The translations under genes and the position numbers were made by a program. 64,000 bases of DNA from Escherichia coli. Lineage in GTDB: Bacteria; Pseudomonadota; Gammaproteobacteria; Enterobacterales; Enterobacteriaceae. Of this stretch, positions 1 through 11,995 are shown piece after piece. Positions within the stretch are counted from its first letter, which is position 1; each line of letters begins with the position of its first letter. The stretch is from NCBI RefSeq assembly GCF_036507355.1, contig NZ_AP027877.1. The stretch is one strand, 5' to 3'. The notes under the pieces are model-generated. The model worked only from the letters and a program-made list of their open reading frames with translations. It had not been told where the DNA came from and made no database searches.

Positions 1-741
1 CTGAAAATGCTCGGCGTACCGCGCGCAGAGCTGAAAGCCCGCGTCAAAGAGGCGTTGGCGATGGTGGATGTGGAAGGATTCGAAGACCGCTTTGTCGATC
101 AGATCTCCGGCGGGCAGCAGCAGCGCGTGGCGCTGGCCCGCGCGCTGATCCTCAAGCCGAAAGTGCTGCTGTTTGATGAGCCGTTGAGTAACCTCGACGC
201 CAACCTGCGTCGCAGCATGCGCGACAAGATCCGCGAGTTGCAAAAGCAGTTTGATATCACCTCGCTGTACGTCACCCACGATCAGAGCGAAGCCTTTGCG
301 GTTTCTGATACTGTGCTGGTGATGAACAAGGGACACATCATGCAGATCGGCTCACCGCAGGATCTTTACCGCCAGCCCGCCTCCCGCTTTATGGCGAGCT
401 TTATGGGCGATGCCAACCTGTTCCCGGCAACCTTCAGCGACGGATACGTTGATATCTACGGCTATCATCTGCCGCGCCCGCTGCACTTTGGTACACAGGG
501 TGAAGGGATGGTCGGTGTGCGCCCGGAAGCGATCACGCTCAGCGATCGCGGCGAAGAGAGCCAGCGCTGCGTGATCCGCCATGTCGCCTATATGGGGCCG
601 CAGTATGAAGTGACGGTGGAATGGCACGGGCAGGAGATATTATTGCAGGTCAACGCTACGCGTCTGCAACCGGACGTCGGCGAGCAGTATTATCTTGAAA
701 TCCATCCGTACGGCATGTTTGTTCTGGCGGATGCGGCATAA
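1..741 (+). CDS. afuC: ABC transporter ATP-binding subunit, C-terminal ~246 aa (5' end lies outside window)
   Basis: ABC signature LSGGQQQRVALARAL and Walker B LLFDEPLSNLD in ORF 7..741; symbol assigned from position next to mmuM as in E. coli. Confidence 0.65.
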   Translation: MKMLGVPRAELKARVKEALAMVDVEGFEDRFVDQISGGQQQRVALARALILKPKVLLFDEPLSNLDANLRRSMRDKIRELQKQFDITSLYVTHDQSEAFAVSDTVLVMNKGHIMQIGSPQDLYRQPASRFMASFMGDANLFPATFSDGYVDIYGYHLPRPLHFGTQGEGMVGVRPEAITLSDRGEESQRCVIRHVAYMGPQYEVTVEWHGQEILLQVNATRLQPDVGEQYYLEIHPYGMFVLADAA

Positions 742-759
742 CGTTTTGTGGTTTTGTAG

Positions 760-830
760 GCCGGATAAGGCGCTTGTGCCGCCATCCGGCAATGCCTGAT
801 GCGCTGCGCTTATCAGGCCTACAATGAACG
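760..830. repeat. REP-like palindromic element downstream of afuC
   Basis: gccggataaggcg / gcctgatgcgctgcgcttatcaggcctac motifs typical of enterobacterial REP units. Confidence 0.5.
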
Positions 831-849
831 ATGTAGACCCGATAAACCC

Positions 850-1782
850 TCAGCTTCGCGCTTTTAACGCGGCGATATCCGCAGGCGTGGTGCGACAGCA
901 CCCGCCAATCAACCGTGCGCCAGCGGCCTGCCACTGCGGCAGATAATCCGCCAGCTGCGCGCAATGTTCACCGTGATGATGCCAGGTTTTGCTCACGGCA
1001 TCGTAATGCTCGCCCGAGTTCGGATACACCACCAGCGGCAGCACCGTTAAACCGTGTAAATGCTGCAACGCAGCAGTGGTGTTTTCCAGCGCAATACAGT
1101 TAATGCCTAGCGCCACCACCTGCGGATAACCCGCCAGCAACGCAACCACGTCACGCAGCGGCGTACCGTCGCTCAGGTGTTCGCTGTCGCGCAGGGTAAA
1201 TGAGAACCACGCCCGCGCACGCGGATATGCGGTCAACAGCTCGGCCAACGCCTCAATCTCGGAAAAATTCGGCAGGGTTTCGCAGGCCAGCAGATCGGCC
1301 CCGGCATCCAGCAAGGCTTCCACGCGCGGGCGATGAAACGCCTGAAATGCCTCAACGCTACAATGATAATCGCCACGGTATTCAGAGCCATCCGCCAGAT
1401 ACGCGCCGTAAGGCCCGACGGATCCCGCCACCAGAAGCGTTCCCGCCTGCGGGTTCTCTGCCAGATACGCTTCACGGGCTTTACGCGCCAGCTCCACGCT
1501 TTTGCCAATCAGCGCTTTCGACTGCGCTTCATCCAGACCTCGCGCGGCGAAGCCCGCCGGCGTCGCCTGATAGCTGGCAGTGATCGCGCATTGCGCCCCC
1601 GCCCGGTAGTAATCAAGATGCACTTCGCGGATAAGCTCCGGGTTTTCTACCAGCACTTTGGCTGACCACAGGCTGTCGGCTAAGTTACACCCTCGCGCTT
1701 CCAGCTCCGTCGCCATCGCGCCATCCAGCAGCAGGATATCCTGTTTATCAAGAAGAGCGCGTAACGGATTATTCTGCGACAT
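850..1782 (-). CDS. mmuM: homocysteine S-methyltransferase (310 aa)
   Basis: ORF 850..1926; start placed at internal [28 protein letters not shown], which matches the MmuM N-terminus. Confidence 0.85.
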   Translation of the reverse strand: MSQNNPLRALLDKQDILLLDGAMATELEARGCNLADSLWSAKVLVENPELIREVHLDYYRAGAQCAITASYQATPAGFAARGLDEAQSKALIGKSVELARKAREAYLAENPQAGTLLVAGSVGPYGAYLADGSEYRGDYHCSVEAFQAFHRPRVEALLDAGADLLACETLPNFSEIEALAELLTAYPRARAWFSFTLRDSEHLSDGTPLRDVVALLAGYPQVVALGINCIALENTTAALQHLHGLTVLPLVVYPNSGEHYDAVSKTWHHHGEHCAQLADYLPQWQAAGARLIGGCCRTTPADIAALKARS

Positions 1783-3172
1783 GTTCTGGCTCCTGTTTTG
1801 CGTTTCGGGGTTGAGTAAGGAAATAAGCACCATAGCACAACGCAACAAACGGTAACCCGCACCACAACGCAATTCTCTGCGCTGGATCGAATGCCAGCCC
1901 AACACAGGCCACCAGGCACAGCACAAAACCTAATACTGGCACCAGCGGATACCACGGCGCGCGATAATGTAATTCACTCAATGCCTTACCTTGTTGCAGA
2001 TGACGGCGACGAAAAACAAAATGCGAGGCGCAGATACTCAGCCACACCGCTACCACCGCAAACCCGGAGATTGCCGACAGCGCAACAAATACCGTGTCCG
2101 GGGCCACCACGCTGGAAAACAGCGCCAGCACACCACCGAGCATACTGACCGACAGCGCCGTCAGTGGCACGCCGTTTTTCGTTACTCGCGCAAAACAGGC
2201 CGGTAGCGTACGTTCATTCGACAACGACCACAGCATGCGCCCGGAGGCATATAACCCGGAGTTCGCTGCAGAAAGAATAGCCGTCAGGATCACGAAGTTA
2301 AAAATATCAGCGGCGTACGGGATCCCTACTTTCTCAAATACCAGCACAAACGGGCTTTTCTCCACGCCCGCCTGCTGCATCGGGATCAGCGCTGCCAGCA
2401 CAAACACGGTGCCGATAAAGAAAATAATCAGTCGCGCGATGGTAGTACGAATCGCTACCGGGATAACTTTGCGCGGGTTTTCCGTTTCACCGGCGGCAAT
2501 GCCGATAAGCTCGGTACCCGAAAAAGCAAAGTTCACTGCCACCATAGTCATCAAAATCGGTAAGCCACCGTGCGGGAACCAGCCTTCTGCCGTGATATTA
2601 CTCAGCCCCGGCGCGGGCGAGCCATCCTGCATCGGAATAAAGCCGAAAATCGCCGCCCCACCGAGGATGATAAAGGCGATGATAGTGACCACTTTGACCA
2701 GCGAGAACCAGAACTCCCCTTCGGCAAAAAAGCGCGTGGAGATAACATTCAGACCAAAAATAATCGCGCAGAACACCACGCACCAGACCCATACCGGCAC
2801 CTGTGGAAACCAGTACTGCATACAGAATCCAGCGGCGGTAAAGCTCGAACCCAGCGCCACGGTCCAGGTCAGCCAGTAAAGCCAGGCCACGGTATACCCG
2901 GTAGCCGGACCAAGATAGCGCGCGGCATAAACGTGAAACGCTCCGGTCTCCGGCATCGCGACCGACAGCTCGCCCAGACACTGCATAACCAGCCAGACCA
3001 CCAGCGCACCAATCAGATAGGCCAGCAGCGTTCCCGCCGCTCCAGTGGTGGAAATGATGTACCCGGTATTGAAGAATAATCCTGTGCCAATCACGCCGCC
3101 CAAGGAAAGCATAATCAGGTGACGCGTTTTCATTGTGCGCTTCAGTGGCGCATTTTGTTGTGTTGTTTGCAT
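1769..3172 (-). CDS. mmuP: S-methylmethionine permease, APC family (467 aa)
   Basis: ORF 1769..3196; start placed at [33 protein letters not shown]; polytopic amino-acid permease; overlaps mmuM start. Confidence 0.85.
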   Translation of the reverse strand: MQTTQQNAPLKRTMKTRHLIMLSLGGVIGTGLFFNTGYIISTTGAAGTLLAYLIGALVVWLVMQCLGELSVAMPETGAFHVYAARYLGPATGYTVAWLYWLTWTVALGSSFTAAGFCMQYWFPQVPVWVWCVVFCAIIFGLNVISTRFFAEGEFWFSLVKVVTIIAFIILGGAAIFGFIPMQDGSPAPGLSNITAEGWFPHGGLPILMTMVAVNFAFSGTELIGIAAGETENPRKVIPVAIRTTIARLIIFFIGTVFVLAALIPMQQAGVEKSPFVLVFEKVGIPYAADIFNFVILTAILSAANSGLYASGRMLWSLSNERTLPACFARVTKNGVPLTALSVSMLGGVLALFSSVVAPDTVFVALSAISGFAVVAVWLSICASHFVFRRRHLQQGKALSELHYRAPWYPLVPVLGFVLCLVACVGLAFDPAQRIALWCGLPFVALCYGAYFLTQPRNAKQEPEHVAE

Positions 3173-3347
3173 ATAACCTTCTAAACGCATGGACATCTAA
3201 ACATCCAAAGAAGGTTTGTTATACCGCGTTTGTTAACAGAATGCAAAGTCAACCCTGCACCAGACGCAGATGCCCGCGCCGGGCGCTTAATAGCGGGTGG
3301 GGATTAATAATCAGATACAAAAAGGGCCGCCAGCTCATAACGCCTCC

Positions 3348-4542
<1,195 letters not shown>

Positions 4543-4659
4543 CAAGAGAACGCAACAGCGCACTTGCTTTGCCACAGTTGAATTTTGTGCCGTAACGATG
4601 TGCAAGCATGTAAGCATAAGGAGTCAAGGTATAGCGTGTTACTTAGTTACTCGGATTAA

Positions 4660-5137
4660 CAATCCCAACGTACAGAGCGGCGGATTTACAGAGTCAGCGC
4701 AGTCCCTGCTCCGGCAGTCAGTGGCAGGCGGCGTACTGAAGCAAACCATTATCGATACCGGCATCGGCGATACCATCGGCATGCTGATGTCACACGGCAA
4801 TATTTCTCCCTACATCATGGCGTGGTTGATAACCGTGCTGATCCGTCTGGCAACGGGTCAGGGCGTGGTCTCAGCCATGACGGCGGCGGGGATTATTAGC
4901 GCAGCAATCCTCGACCCGGCAACCGGTCAACTGGTGGGCGTCGACCCGGCGTTGCTGGTGCTGGCAACAGCGGCTGGCTCCAACACGCTGACCCATATCA
5001 ACGATGCTTCGTTCTGGCTGTTCAAAGGCTACTTTGATCTGTCGGTGAAGGATACGCTGAAAACCTGGGGTCTGCTGGAGCTGGTAAACTCCGTGGTTGG
5101 CCTGATAATCGTGTTGATCATCAGCATGATTGCATAA
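4660..5137 (+). pseudogene. 3' fragment of a GntP-family permease gene, 5' part replaced by IS5
   Basis: Only the C-terminal ~150 aa remain (..[71 protein letters not shown]..); the track ORF 4271..5137 reads through the IS5 terminus. Confidence 0.5.
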
Positions 5138-5186
5138 CGTTGATACCGCTCTGGCCCACAGCGCCAGAGCGGTTTTCCATCCTGCC

Positions 5187-5882
5187 TCAACAATCCTCAA
5201 TAATCAGATATACCGCCTTCACCGGACCATGCACCCCAACCACCTTGATAAGCTCAATATCCGCCGTCGAGCTGGGTCCACTGATGATATTAATGCACGA
5301 TGGCATACGCTCACCGGCCTGTGCTTTCTGATGCAGTTTTTCTGCCAGCTGCGCCACGCGCGGCAGGATGGTGCTTTTACGCAGCACGAAAATAGAGGAC
5401 TCCGGCAACAGGCTCAGGGAGCGCCCGCGCTCCGGTGCGGAAAACAGCACCACGCCGCCGGACTCGGTCAGGCCATATTCGGCATACACCACGCCGACTT
5501 TCGCCTGCTCGGCCTGGGTAATATTTTCGCTACCACGCGCCGGATCCCAGACCACGGCGTTGCATTCCTGCTGCAAGCGTTCGGTGATGCCCAGCTCCAC
5601 CAGCCGGCTGTCGCCGCTCAGCACCACCGGCTGCTGACCCAATTCTTCGCACAGGCGCAGTGCCGCGTCTGCGGCCTGGTCCTCGCTGGTCAGTTCGCAG
5701 CGGGCCAGCATCACTTCGCTGGCAAACTGGATAAACGCAGAGCAGCGCTGCTCGGGGCTAAGCTCGGTCAGGCGCTCGTTGGCATAGTTGTTAACCGGTG
5801 CGGCATCCGCTTGCGGTTCGAAGCGCAGCGGGCGACCCAGCGCCTGGGCGATGGTGTTTAAAAACGCGGTACGGTTATCCAT
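5187..5882 (-). CDS. lutC: LutC/YkgG-family lactate utilisation protein C (231 aa)
   Basis: ORF 5187..6029 with internal start MDNRTAFLNTIAQALGRP; 8-nt overlap with upstream lutB end. Confidence 0.75.
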   Translation of the reverse strand: MDNRTAFLNTIAQALGRPLRFEPQADAAPVNNYANERLTELSPEQRCSAFIQFASEVMLARCELTSEDQAADAALRLCEELGQQPVVLSGDSRLVELGITERLQQECNAVVWDPARGSENITQAEQAKVGVVYAEYGLTESGGVVLFSAPERGRSLSLLPESSIFVLRKSTILPRVAQLAEKLHQKAQAGERMPSCINIISGPSSTADIELIKVVGVHGPVKAVYLIIEDC

Positions 5883-7302
5883 TCTTTTTCTCCTGCGCCT
5901 GATGTTTCTTAAACCAGCTGCGGAAGCTCTCGCCGTCAGCATCAGGCAGATCGCGCGCCTCCATCCAGTCACCAATCGCGCCAACCTTGAGCGGGGTTTT
6001 GCCGCCATTGATAAACCAGCTCGCCGCATGCGCGCCCGCCATCATCCCGACTTTCCACAGCCCCGGATGGCTATTGGCATAGGCGAACATCTTGATCGCC
6101 CGTCGCTCGGCTTTCGGCGTAATGCCCTCCTCGGCCATCACCCGGCGATGACGCAGGATCAGTTTTGACAACGGAATACGCACCGGGCAGACGCTGTCAC
6201 AAGCCGTGCACAAAGAACAGGCGTACGGCAGGTCTTTAAAATCTTTATAGCCGCCGAGCAGCGGAGAAATCACCGCGCCGATAGGGCCGGGATAGATAGA
6301 GCCATAGCCGTGCCCGCCGATGTGGCGGTACGCCGGACAGGTGTTCATACAGGCTCCGCAGCGGATGCAGCGCAGCACATCGCGAAACTCTGAGCCCAGC
6401 ACCTGCGAGCGACCGTTATCGACAATCACCAGATGGAACTCTTCCGGTCCGTCAACGTTGTCCGCCTCACGCGGGCCGGTCAGCCAGGTGTTGTAGCCCG
6501 TCAGACGTGCGCCCACGGCGCTGCGCGCCAGCATGGTAATCAGCACATCCACCTCGGCAAAGGTCGGCGCGATACGCTCCATGCCCATCACCGCAATGTG
6601 CGTTTTCGGTAGCGTGGTGCACATGCGCGCGTTGCCTTCGTTGGTCACCAGACACACCGAGCCGGTTTCCGCCACGGCAAAGTTACAGCCAGTAATACCG
6701 ATTTCGGCACTGAGGAAATCCTCGCGGATCTTCTGACGAATGAACAAGGTCATAGCTTCCGGGGTTTCCGGGCCGTCGTACCCCAGACGTTCGTTCAGCA
6801 CGCGGCGGATCTGGTAGCGATCTTTATGAATCGCCGGAACCACGACGTGCGAAGGCGGATCCTGATCCAACTGCAGGATATATTCCCCGAGATCGGTTTC
6901 GATCACCTGGATTCCGGCATCCTGCAACACATGGTTGACGCCGATTTCTTCGGTCACCATCGACTTGGACTTCACCACCTTCTGCGCATTTTTACTCTGC
7001 GCGACCTGCAAAATGTAGCGAGTGGCATCTTCTTTGGTTTTGGCGAAATAGACGTGTCCGCCGTTTTCCGTCACTTTCTCGGAGAGTTGGTACAGGTAAG
7101 CGTCGAGGTTGCTCAGAACGTGATCGCGGATCTGGCTGGCACGATCGCGCCATTCTTCCCAGTGGCCTAACTCATCGACCATTTTTTGCCGATTCGCGCC
7201 GATACGCTCCTGCGCATTAGCTACGGCTTTGCGCATAATCGGATCTTCTATCTGCTGACGAATACGCAGTTTAAATTCTACATCGCTGGTTTTTATCGAC
7301 AT
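5875..7302 (-). CDS. lutB: LutB/YkgF-family iron-sulfur lactate utilisation protein (475 aa)
   Basis: Two ferredoxin-type Cys clusters (CIRCGACMNTCP, CSLCTACDSVCP); length and order match LutB/YkgF. Confidence 0.85.
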   Translation of the reverse strand: MSIKTSDVEFKLRIRQQIEDPIMRKAVANAQERIGANRQKMVDELGHWEEWRDRASQIRDHVLSNLDAYLYQLSEKVTENGGHVYFAKTKEDATRYILQVAQSKNAQKVVKSKSMVTEEIGVNHVLQDAGIQVIETDLGEYILQLDQDPPSHVVVPAIHKDRYQIRRVLNERLGYDGPETPEAMTLFIRQKIREDFLSAEIGITGCNFAVAETGSVCLVTNEGNARMCTTLPKTHIAVMGMERIAPTFAEVDVLITMLARSAVGARLTGYNTWLTGPREADNVDGPEEFHLVIVDNGRSQVLGSEFRDVLRCIRCGACMNTCPAYRHIGGHGYGSIYPGPIGAVISPLLGGYKDFKDLPYACSLCTACDSVCPVRIPLSKLILRHRRVMAEEGITPKAERRAIKMFAYANSHPGLWKVGMMAGAHAASWFINGGKTPLKVGAIGDWMEARDLPDADGESFRSWFKKHQAQEKKNG

Positions 7303-7312
7303 CTCTTTCCCC

Positions 7313-8032
7313 TCAGCGGCTCATCAGCACTTCAGCAATATGCATCACTTTGACCGGCTGGCCTTCCCGTTGCAGTCGACCGCCAATGTTCAGCAGGCAG
7401 CTAACGTCTGCGCCAATCAAAAATTCCGGCTTTGCGTCCATCAGATGTAATACTTTCTCTTTCACCATCTCACCGGATATCTCGGCCATCTTGACCGAGA
7501 ACGTCCCGCCAAAGCCGCAACAGGTATCCTGATCGGCAAACGTCAACAGCTCCAGTCCGCGCACGTTTTTCAGCAGCGTAAGCGGCTCTTCCTTCACTCC
7601 CAGTTTGCGGGTCAGGCTACAGGAAGGATGATACACAGCGCGGCCCTGCAGGCTGGCACCAACGTCCACCACACCCAGTTTGTTGACGATAAAGGAGGTG
7701 AGATCCTGCATACGCGCGGAAACTTTCTCAGCACGCAGCGCCCATTCCGGTTCATCGGCCAGATACGTCGGGTAGCTTTTAACCGCGTAGGTGCAGGAGC
7801 CCGCCGGGGAGATAATCGGATCGTCGTTGTCTTCCAGCGCGGCGATCAGGTTTTTCATCCCGGGAATCGCCTCTTTGATGTAACCGCTGTTGATGGCTGG
7901 CTGACCGCAACACCCTTGCTTCTCGGGGAAATTAACGCGACAACCCAGTTTTTCCAGCAGCAATACGGAGTCTCGTGCCATCCGTGATTTCAGTGCGTCA
8001 CCAATACAGGTGACAAAGAAATTTACATTCAC
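7313..8032 (-). CDS. lutA: LutA/YkgE-family Cys-rich Fe-S oxidoreductase subunit (239 aa)
   Basis: CCG-type Cys-rich domain (FVTCIGD.., CCGQPA.., CCGFGG); first gene of the lutABC-like trio. Confidence 0.85.
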   Translation of the reverse strand: MNVNFFVTCIGDALKSRMARDSVLLLEKLGCRVNFPEKQGCCGQPAINSGYIKEAIPGMKNLIAALEDNDDPIISPAGSCTYAVKSYPTYLADEPEWALRAEKVSARMQDLTSFIVNKLGVVDVGASLQGRAVYHPSCSLTRKLGVKEEPLTLLKNVRGLELLTFADQDTCCGFGGTFSVKMAEISGEMVKEKVLHLMDAKPEFLIGADVSCLLNIGGRLQREGQPVKVMHIAEVLMSR

Positions 8033-8069
8033 AATAACTACTCCATTGCTTCATTTCTGTTTATTGCGC

Positions 8070-8087
8070 TTGATATCGCGATATCAA
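8070..8087. promoter_or_regulatory. Perfect 18-bp palindrome TTGATATCGCGATATCAA between the dld-like stop and lutA start
   Basis: Read directly from sequence; self-complementary; no T-run follows on either strand, so more likely an operator than a terminator. Confidence 0.3.
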
Positions 8088-8106
8088 ACAAATGTTCATT
8101 CGTATT

Positions 8107-9804
8107 TCATGCCCAGTTTTTATGTTTGCTGGTTTTACCAATACCTGGGTTCATAGTGTTGGTCGGATCATTTTCCTGATAAAAACGTGCCAAATTTTCC
8201 GGCGCTTTATACAGATGGCCGACATTGTGTTCCGCCGGATATTGCGCTCCGCGTTGGCGCAGTAATTCCAGCATCTGTTCTTTTAACGCGTGGGCATCTA
8301 CGCCTTTTTTAACGATATAATCCTGATGGAATACATGGCACATAAAATGGCCGTAATAGAGTTTATGCACCAACTGACTGTCAATTTCCGTCGGTAAATG
8401 CTCATACCATTCGGTATCATTGCGGCGTAATGGAATATCCAGCGCGAGAATATCCTCAACCTCGTCAGAATGAACAGCCTGATAACGAATGGCAGCACCC
8501 GCGGCGGCAAAACGATGCAGAAACGCCTTACTGCCCTCTTCCGCGGTACAGGTAAAGAACGCGCCCTCGGCCGATTTAAAATAGTCCGTTAACCATGCCT
8601 GGGCTTCGGCCACACCCTCACCGGACATTTTCAACATCAGATGGTGTTCATAGTTATCGCGCCAGGTCTTCATCCGCGCCGGGAGATGGCTCGGGAACAG
8701 ATGGCTAAAAGCCTGCATCGCGCGGTCGGTAAAGTGCGGGCGAAAGATCTTCACCTTCTCAAGTATGGCCTCGGTACGCCCCTTCAGGTTGAAGAAGAAC
8801 GGCATTTTGTCCGTGCCAAGTTTGTCGATCATCAGGAAGGTATCTTTGCTGTATTTCTCTGCAATATCATAGATATCGCGGTGCATATACTCCCCAGCAA
8901 CCGGCAGGTTTGTAAAATTCGCCAGGATGTGGCGGCGAATCTCAGTCAGGACATCAGTCTGATTGGTACCGATATAAAAGACCTGCTGGTTCTTCTCGGC
9001 TTCAAAGGTATCCAGACGTACGGCAAACACCGCTAACTTGCCCGCACAGCCAGAGGATTCAAACAGGCGATCCGGGTCAGCGTTGTAACGTGCTGGCGTG
9101 TCGGCATTGATGTCCCGCACGCGGCTAACATAGTCGTGATCGTGCGCGTGACGCCCGTCATGGTTGACGAGCACGGCTTCAATCGCATTGTTATCCAGCC
9201 GGGCAAGGATTTGCTCTGGCGTCTGACCTAGCTCAATGCCGAGGTGATTGACCAGCTGCAAGCGTCCCTGTTCATCAATACGGGCAAACAGCGACATCTC
9301 GGTATAAGCCGGGCCACGCTGGACCAGAGAACCGCCGGAGTTATTACAGATACCGCCGATAACCGACGCGCCGATGCACGAAGAGCCAATCACCGAATGC
9401 GGCTCACGGCCAAACGGCTTCAGCGCCTTTTCCAGCGAATACAGCGTGGTGCCCGGATAAGCCAGCACCTGCTTACCCTCATCTAGCACATGCAGACTGT
9501 CCAGCCGCAGCGTGCTGATAATGACGATCTCGCGGTCGTAATCATTACCATTGGGCGTCGAACCCTCAGTCAGGCCAGTGTTCGACGCCTGCATCAGGAT
9601 TATTTTATCGGCCTCAACGCAGGCGCTAAGGACTTTCCAGAGTTCAAGCAAAGAGCCGGGGATAACCACCGCCAGAGCATCACCCTGACCCGAGCGAAAA
9701 CCCTTACGGTAACGCGCAGTTTTTGACGGTTCGGTGAGGATATGAGCAGGGCCAACCAATTGGGTAAGAGTTGTCAAAAAGGTCTTATTATCAGTATGTT
9801 TCAT
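8107..9804 (-). CDS. dld: FAD-dependent D-lactate dehydrogenase, Dld paralogue (~565 aa)
   Basis: Collinear full-length similarity to E. coli Dld (..ARYRKGFRSGQGDALAVV.PGSLLELW.., ..RHILANF.NLPVAGEYMHRDIYDIAEKY..); start chosen at MKHTDNKTFL inside ORF 8107..9852; many substitutions versus K-12 Dld as recalled. Confidence 0.8.
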   Translation of the reverse strand: MKHTDNKTFLTTLTQLVGPAHILTEPSKTARYRKGFRSGQGDALAVVIPGSLLELWKVLSACVEADKIILMQASNTGLTEGSTPNGNDYDREIVIISTLRLDSLHVLDEGKQVLAYPGTTLYSLEKALKPFGREPHSVIGSSCIGASVIGGICNNSGGSLVQRGPAYTEMSLFARIDEQGRLQLVNHLGIELGQTPEQILARLDNNAIEAVLVNHDGRHAHDHDYVSRVRDINADTPARYNADPDRLFESSGCAGKLAVFAVRLDTFEAEKNQQVFYIGTNQTDVLTEIRRHILANFTNLPVAGEYMHRDIYDIAEKYSKDTFLMIDKLGTDKMPFFFNLKGRTEAILEKVKIFRPHFTDRAMQAFSHLFPSHLPARMKTWRDNYEHHLMLKMSGEGVAEAQAWLTDYFKSAEGAFFTCTAEEGSKAFLHRFAAAGAAIRYQAVHSDEVEDILALDIPLRRNDTEWYEHLPTEIDSQLVHKLYYGHFMCHVFHQDYIVKKGVDAHALKEQMLELLRQRGAQYPAEHNVGHLYKAPENLARFYQENDPTNTMNPGIGKTSKHKNWA

Positions 9805-10239
9805 GGAGGGCGGCTCTCCGCTCCTTATATCAGGGCCAGTGAAAATGGCCATAAGTTCATTTGTACGACAAAACAGAATATTCCCTCAATCAATATCCAC
9901 ATGCAATACCCCATTTTATTTCTTTCGGCACCGCTCACATTTTTTAATGAAATTACCACTACCACATAATTCATACTCCGTTCTTTTACTGGATGCCAAA
10001 ACGCTTATTTCATTTATTGCAAAGACCATTTCATACCTATTAATGATTAACTCTAATGGGTATTATTATATTTAGTGGTTATTCATATTTAATAAAAAAA
10101 TAACATTATTTATACAATTATTAACCTTTGTAACTTTATTTCACTGAAGCGATTCAGTTTGCATTTTTTATTTTATTATTAAGGTAGCCTCCTTCCCCCT
10201 AAATATAGTTAAGTCTAAAAAAGTAAATCGAGAATTGTA

Positions 10240-11793
10240 ATGCACGAATATTTAATGTTTGCCCTGGCACTCTCTCCTTTGCTGCTGATGGTATTTTTAA
10301 TACTGAAATTAAAAATGCCCATCCATTATTCCGTACTGATCTCTTTGGTATTCACCGCTGCACTATCGGCAATATTCTGGGAAATGCCCACACAGAATCT
10401 GAAAGCCGCGATAGGCTATGGTGCACTGAAGGGACTATGGCCGATCGTAATTGTTATCCTCGGCGCTATCTTCAGTTATAACGTCATGCAGGCGACCAAA
10501 GCGCTGGATATTCTGCGCGATATTCTCGCCAGCATTAGCGAAGATAAGCGTATTCAGGTGCTGCTGATTTCATGGTGTTTTGGTGGATTTCTTGAAGCCG
10601 CTGCGGGCTATGGCACGGCGGTCGCTATTCCGATCGGTATTCTCATTGCGCTGGGATTCAACCCGTTGAAGGCGGCGATTGCTTCCCTCGTAGCAAATAC
10701 CGTTCCGACCGCATTTGGCGCGGTTGGGATCCCAGTTTCTATTCTGGCAGAGCAGGTTAATCTGCCGGTTTATACCTTAGGCGGAACCATTATTTTGCAG
10801 CTCGCGCTGTTTAATATCCTGCTGCCGTTTGTGATTGTCTGCATTATTGGCGGTGGCCTGAAAGCCATTCGCGGCGTATTTCTGATCACGTTGATTTGCG
10901 GCATTTCCACGCTGGTTCCGCAATATTTTGTCGCCATCCATCTTGGCGCGGAATTACCCGCCTTTGCCGGTAGCCTGGTCAGCCTGTTTGCCGTGGCGAT
11001 GGTCAGTCGCCTGCGCAAAGGGAAAACCGATCCCGAGTGGCGCATTGAGGTCAGCCATACCCGCGAAACCACGCCGCGCTCGGCAAAAGTGTTGTTCCGG
11101 GTTGGCTCTATTTATCTGTTTATTTTTGTGTTTATCCTGCTGTGTTCGCCGCTGTTCCCGACAATAAAAAGCGTGGCATCCCAACTGGCTTCGGTGCTGC
11201 ATTTCACGTTGGCTGACGGCAAAACGATGGCGCTGAAAGTTGAATGGGCGACCACACCGGGGATGCTGATCATCTTTGCGACCATTATCGGCGGTTTTAT
11301 TCAGGGAGCGTCCGCACGTGGGATGCTGGAAGTATTTATCAAAACGATTTTCCAGCTTAAAAACTCTATCGTCGCAATTATGGCGATCGTCGCGCTGGCC
11401 ACGGTGATGGATCTCAGCGGGATTATCTCCACGCTGGCCCAGTCGATTGTCGATCTGACCGGCAGCTCGTACGTCTTCCTCGCCCCGGTGATTGGCGCGC
11501 TGGGCACGTTCGTGACCGGCAGCGATACCAACTCGAACATTCTGTTCGGCAAGCTGCAAACCATTGCCGCCAGCAAGTTACATATCGATCCTAACTGGCT
11601 GGCGGCGGCCAATACCTCTGGCGCTACGGGGGGGAAAATGATTTCGCCGCAAAGCATCGCCATCGCAGTTTCTGCCACCAAAATGGACGGTCAGGCCAAC
11701 CAGATTATGTCTGGCACCATGAAATACTGCTGCGCCTACATTGTGATCCTCGGCCTGAAAGTCGGTCTGTTTTATTACTGGTTTATGGCGTAA
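10240..11793 (+). CDS. L-lactate permease, LctP family (517 aa)
   Basis: Polytopic membrane protein with the LctP-family N-terminus; divergent from the dld-like operon across a 435-bp AT-rich region. Confidence 0.8.
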   Translation: MHEYLMFALALSPLLLMVFLILKLKMPIHYSVLISLVFTAALSAIFWEMPTQNLKAAIGYGALKGLWPIVIVILGAIFSYNVMQATKALDILRDILASISEDKRIQVLLISWCFGGFLEAAAGYGTAVAIPIGILIALGFNPLKAAIASLVANTVPTAFGAVGIPVSILAEQVNLPVYTLGGTIILQLALFNILLPFVIVCIIGGGLKAIRGVFLITLICGISTLVPQYFVAIHLGAELPAFAGSLVSLFAVAMVSRLRKGKTDPEWRIEVSHTRETTPRSAKVLFRVGSIYLFIFVFILLCSPLFPTIKSVASQLASVLHFTLADGKTMALKVEWATTPGMLIIFATIIGGFIQGASARGMLEVFIKTIFQLKNSIVAIMAIVALATVMDLSGIISTLAQSIVDLTGSSYVFLAPVIGALGTFVTGSDTNSNILFGKLQTIAASKLHIDPNWLAAANTSGATGGKMISPQSIAIAVSATKMDGQANQIMSGTMKYCCAYIVILGLKVGLFYYWFMA

Positions 11794-11995
11794 ACCATTG
11801 TCAACCCCGTCAAATTCGCGGCAATCGAATTTGACGACATAGTGACCAAAAAGGTTTACACCGCCCCGGGAACGGAACGAGGCAACAGACTTTACGATTT
11901 GTCGGCGCTGACTAAAATAGCGCCGATGTTTCAAATCGAGGATTGTTGTTATGTTGTTCTGGAAAAAGATGGTGAAGAAGTTCGACGCCTTTTCC

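Noticed and set aside
2094-2879. 261-aa plus-strand ORF
   Set aside because: Antisense to mmuP; low-complexity translation, no recognisable domain
10954-11559. 201-aa minus-strand ORF
   Set aside because: Lies entirely antisense within the lactate permease gene; Arg/His-rich nonsense translation
11809-11835. Intrinsic terminator after the lactate permease gene
   Set aside because: Inverted repeat gtcaaattcg..cgaatttgac is present but not followed by a T-run; kept only as a possible structure
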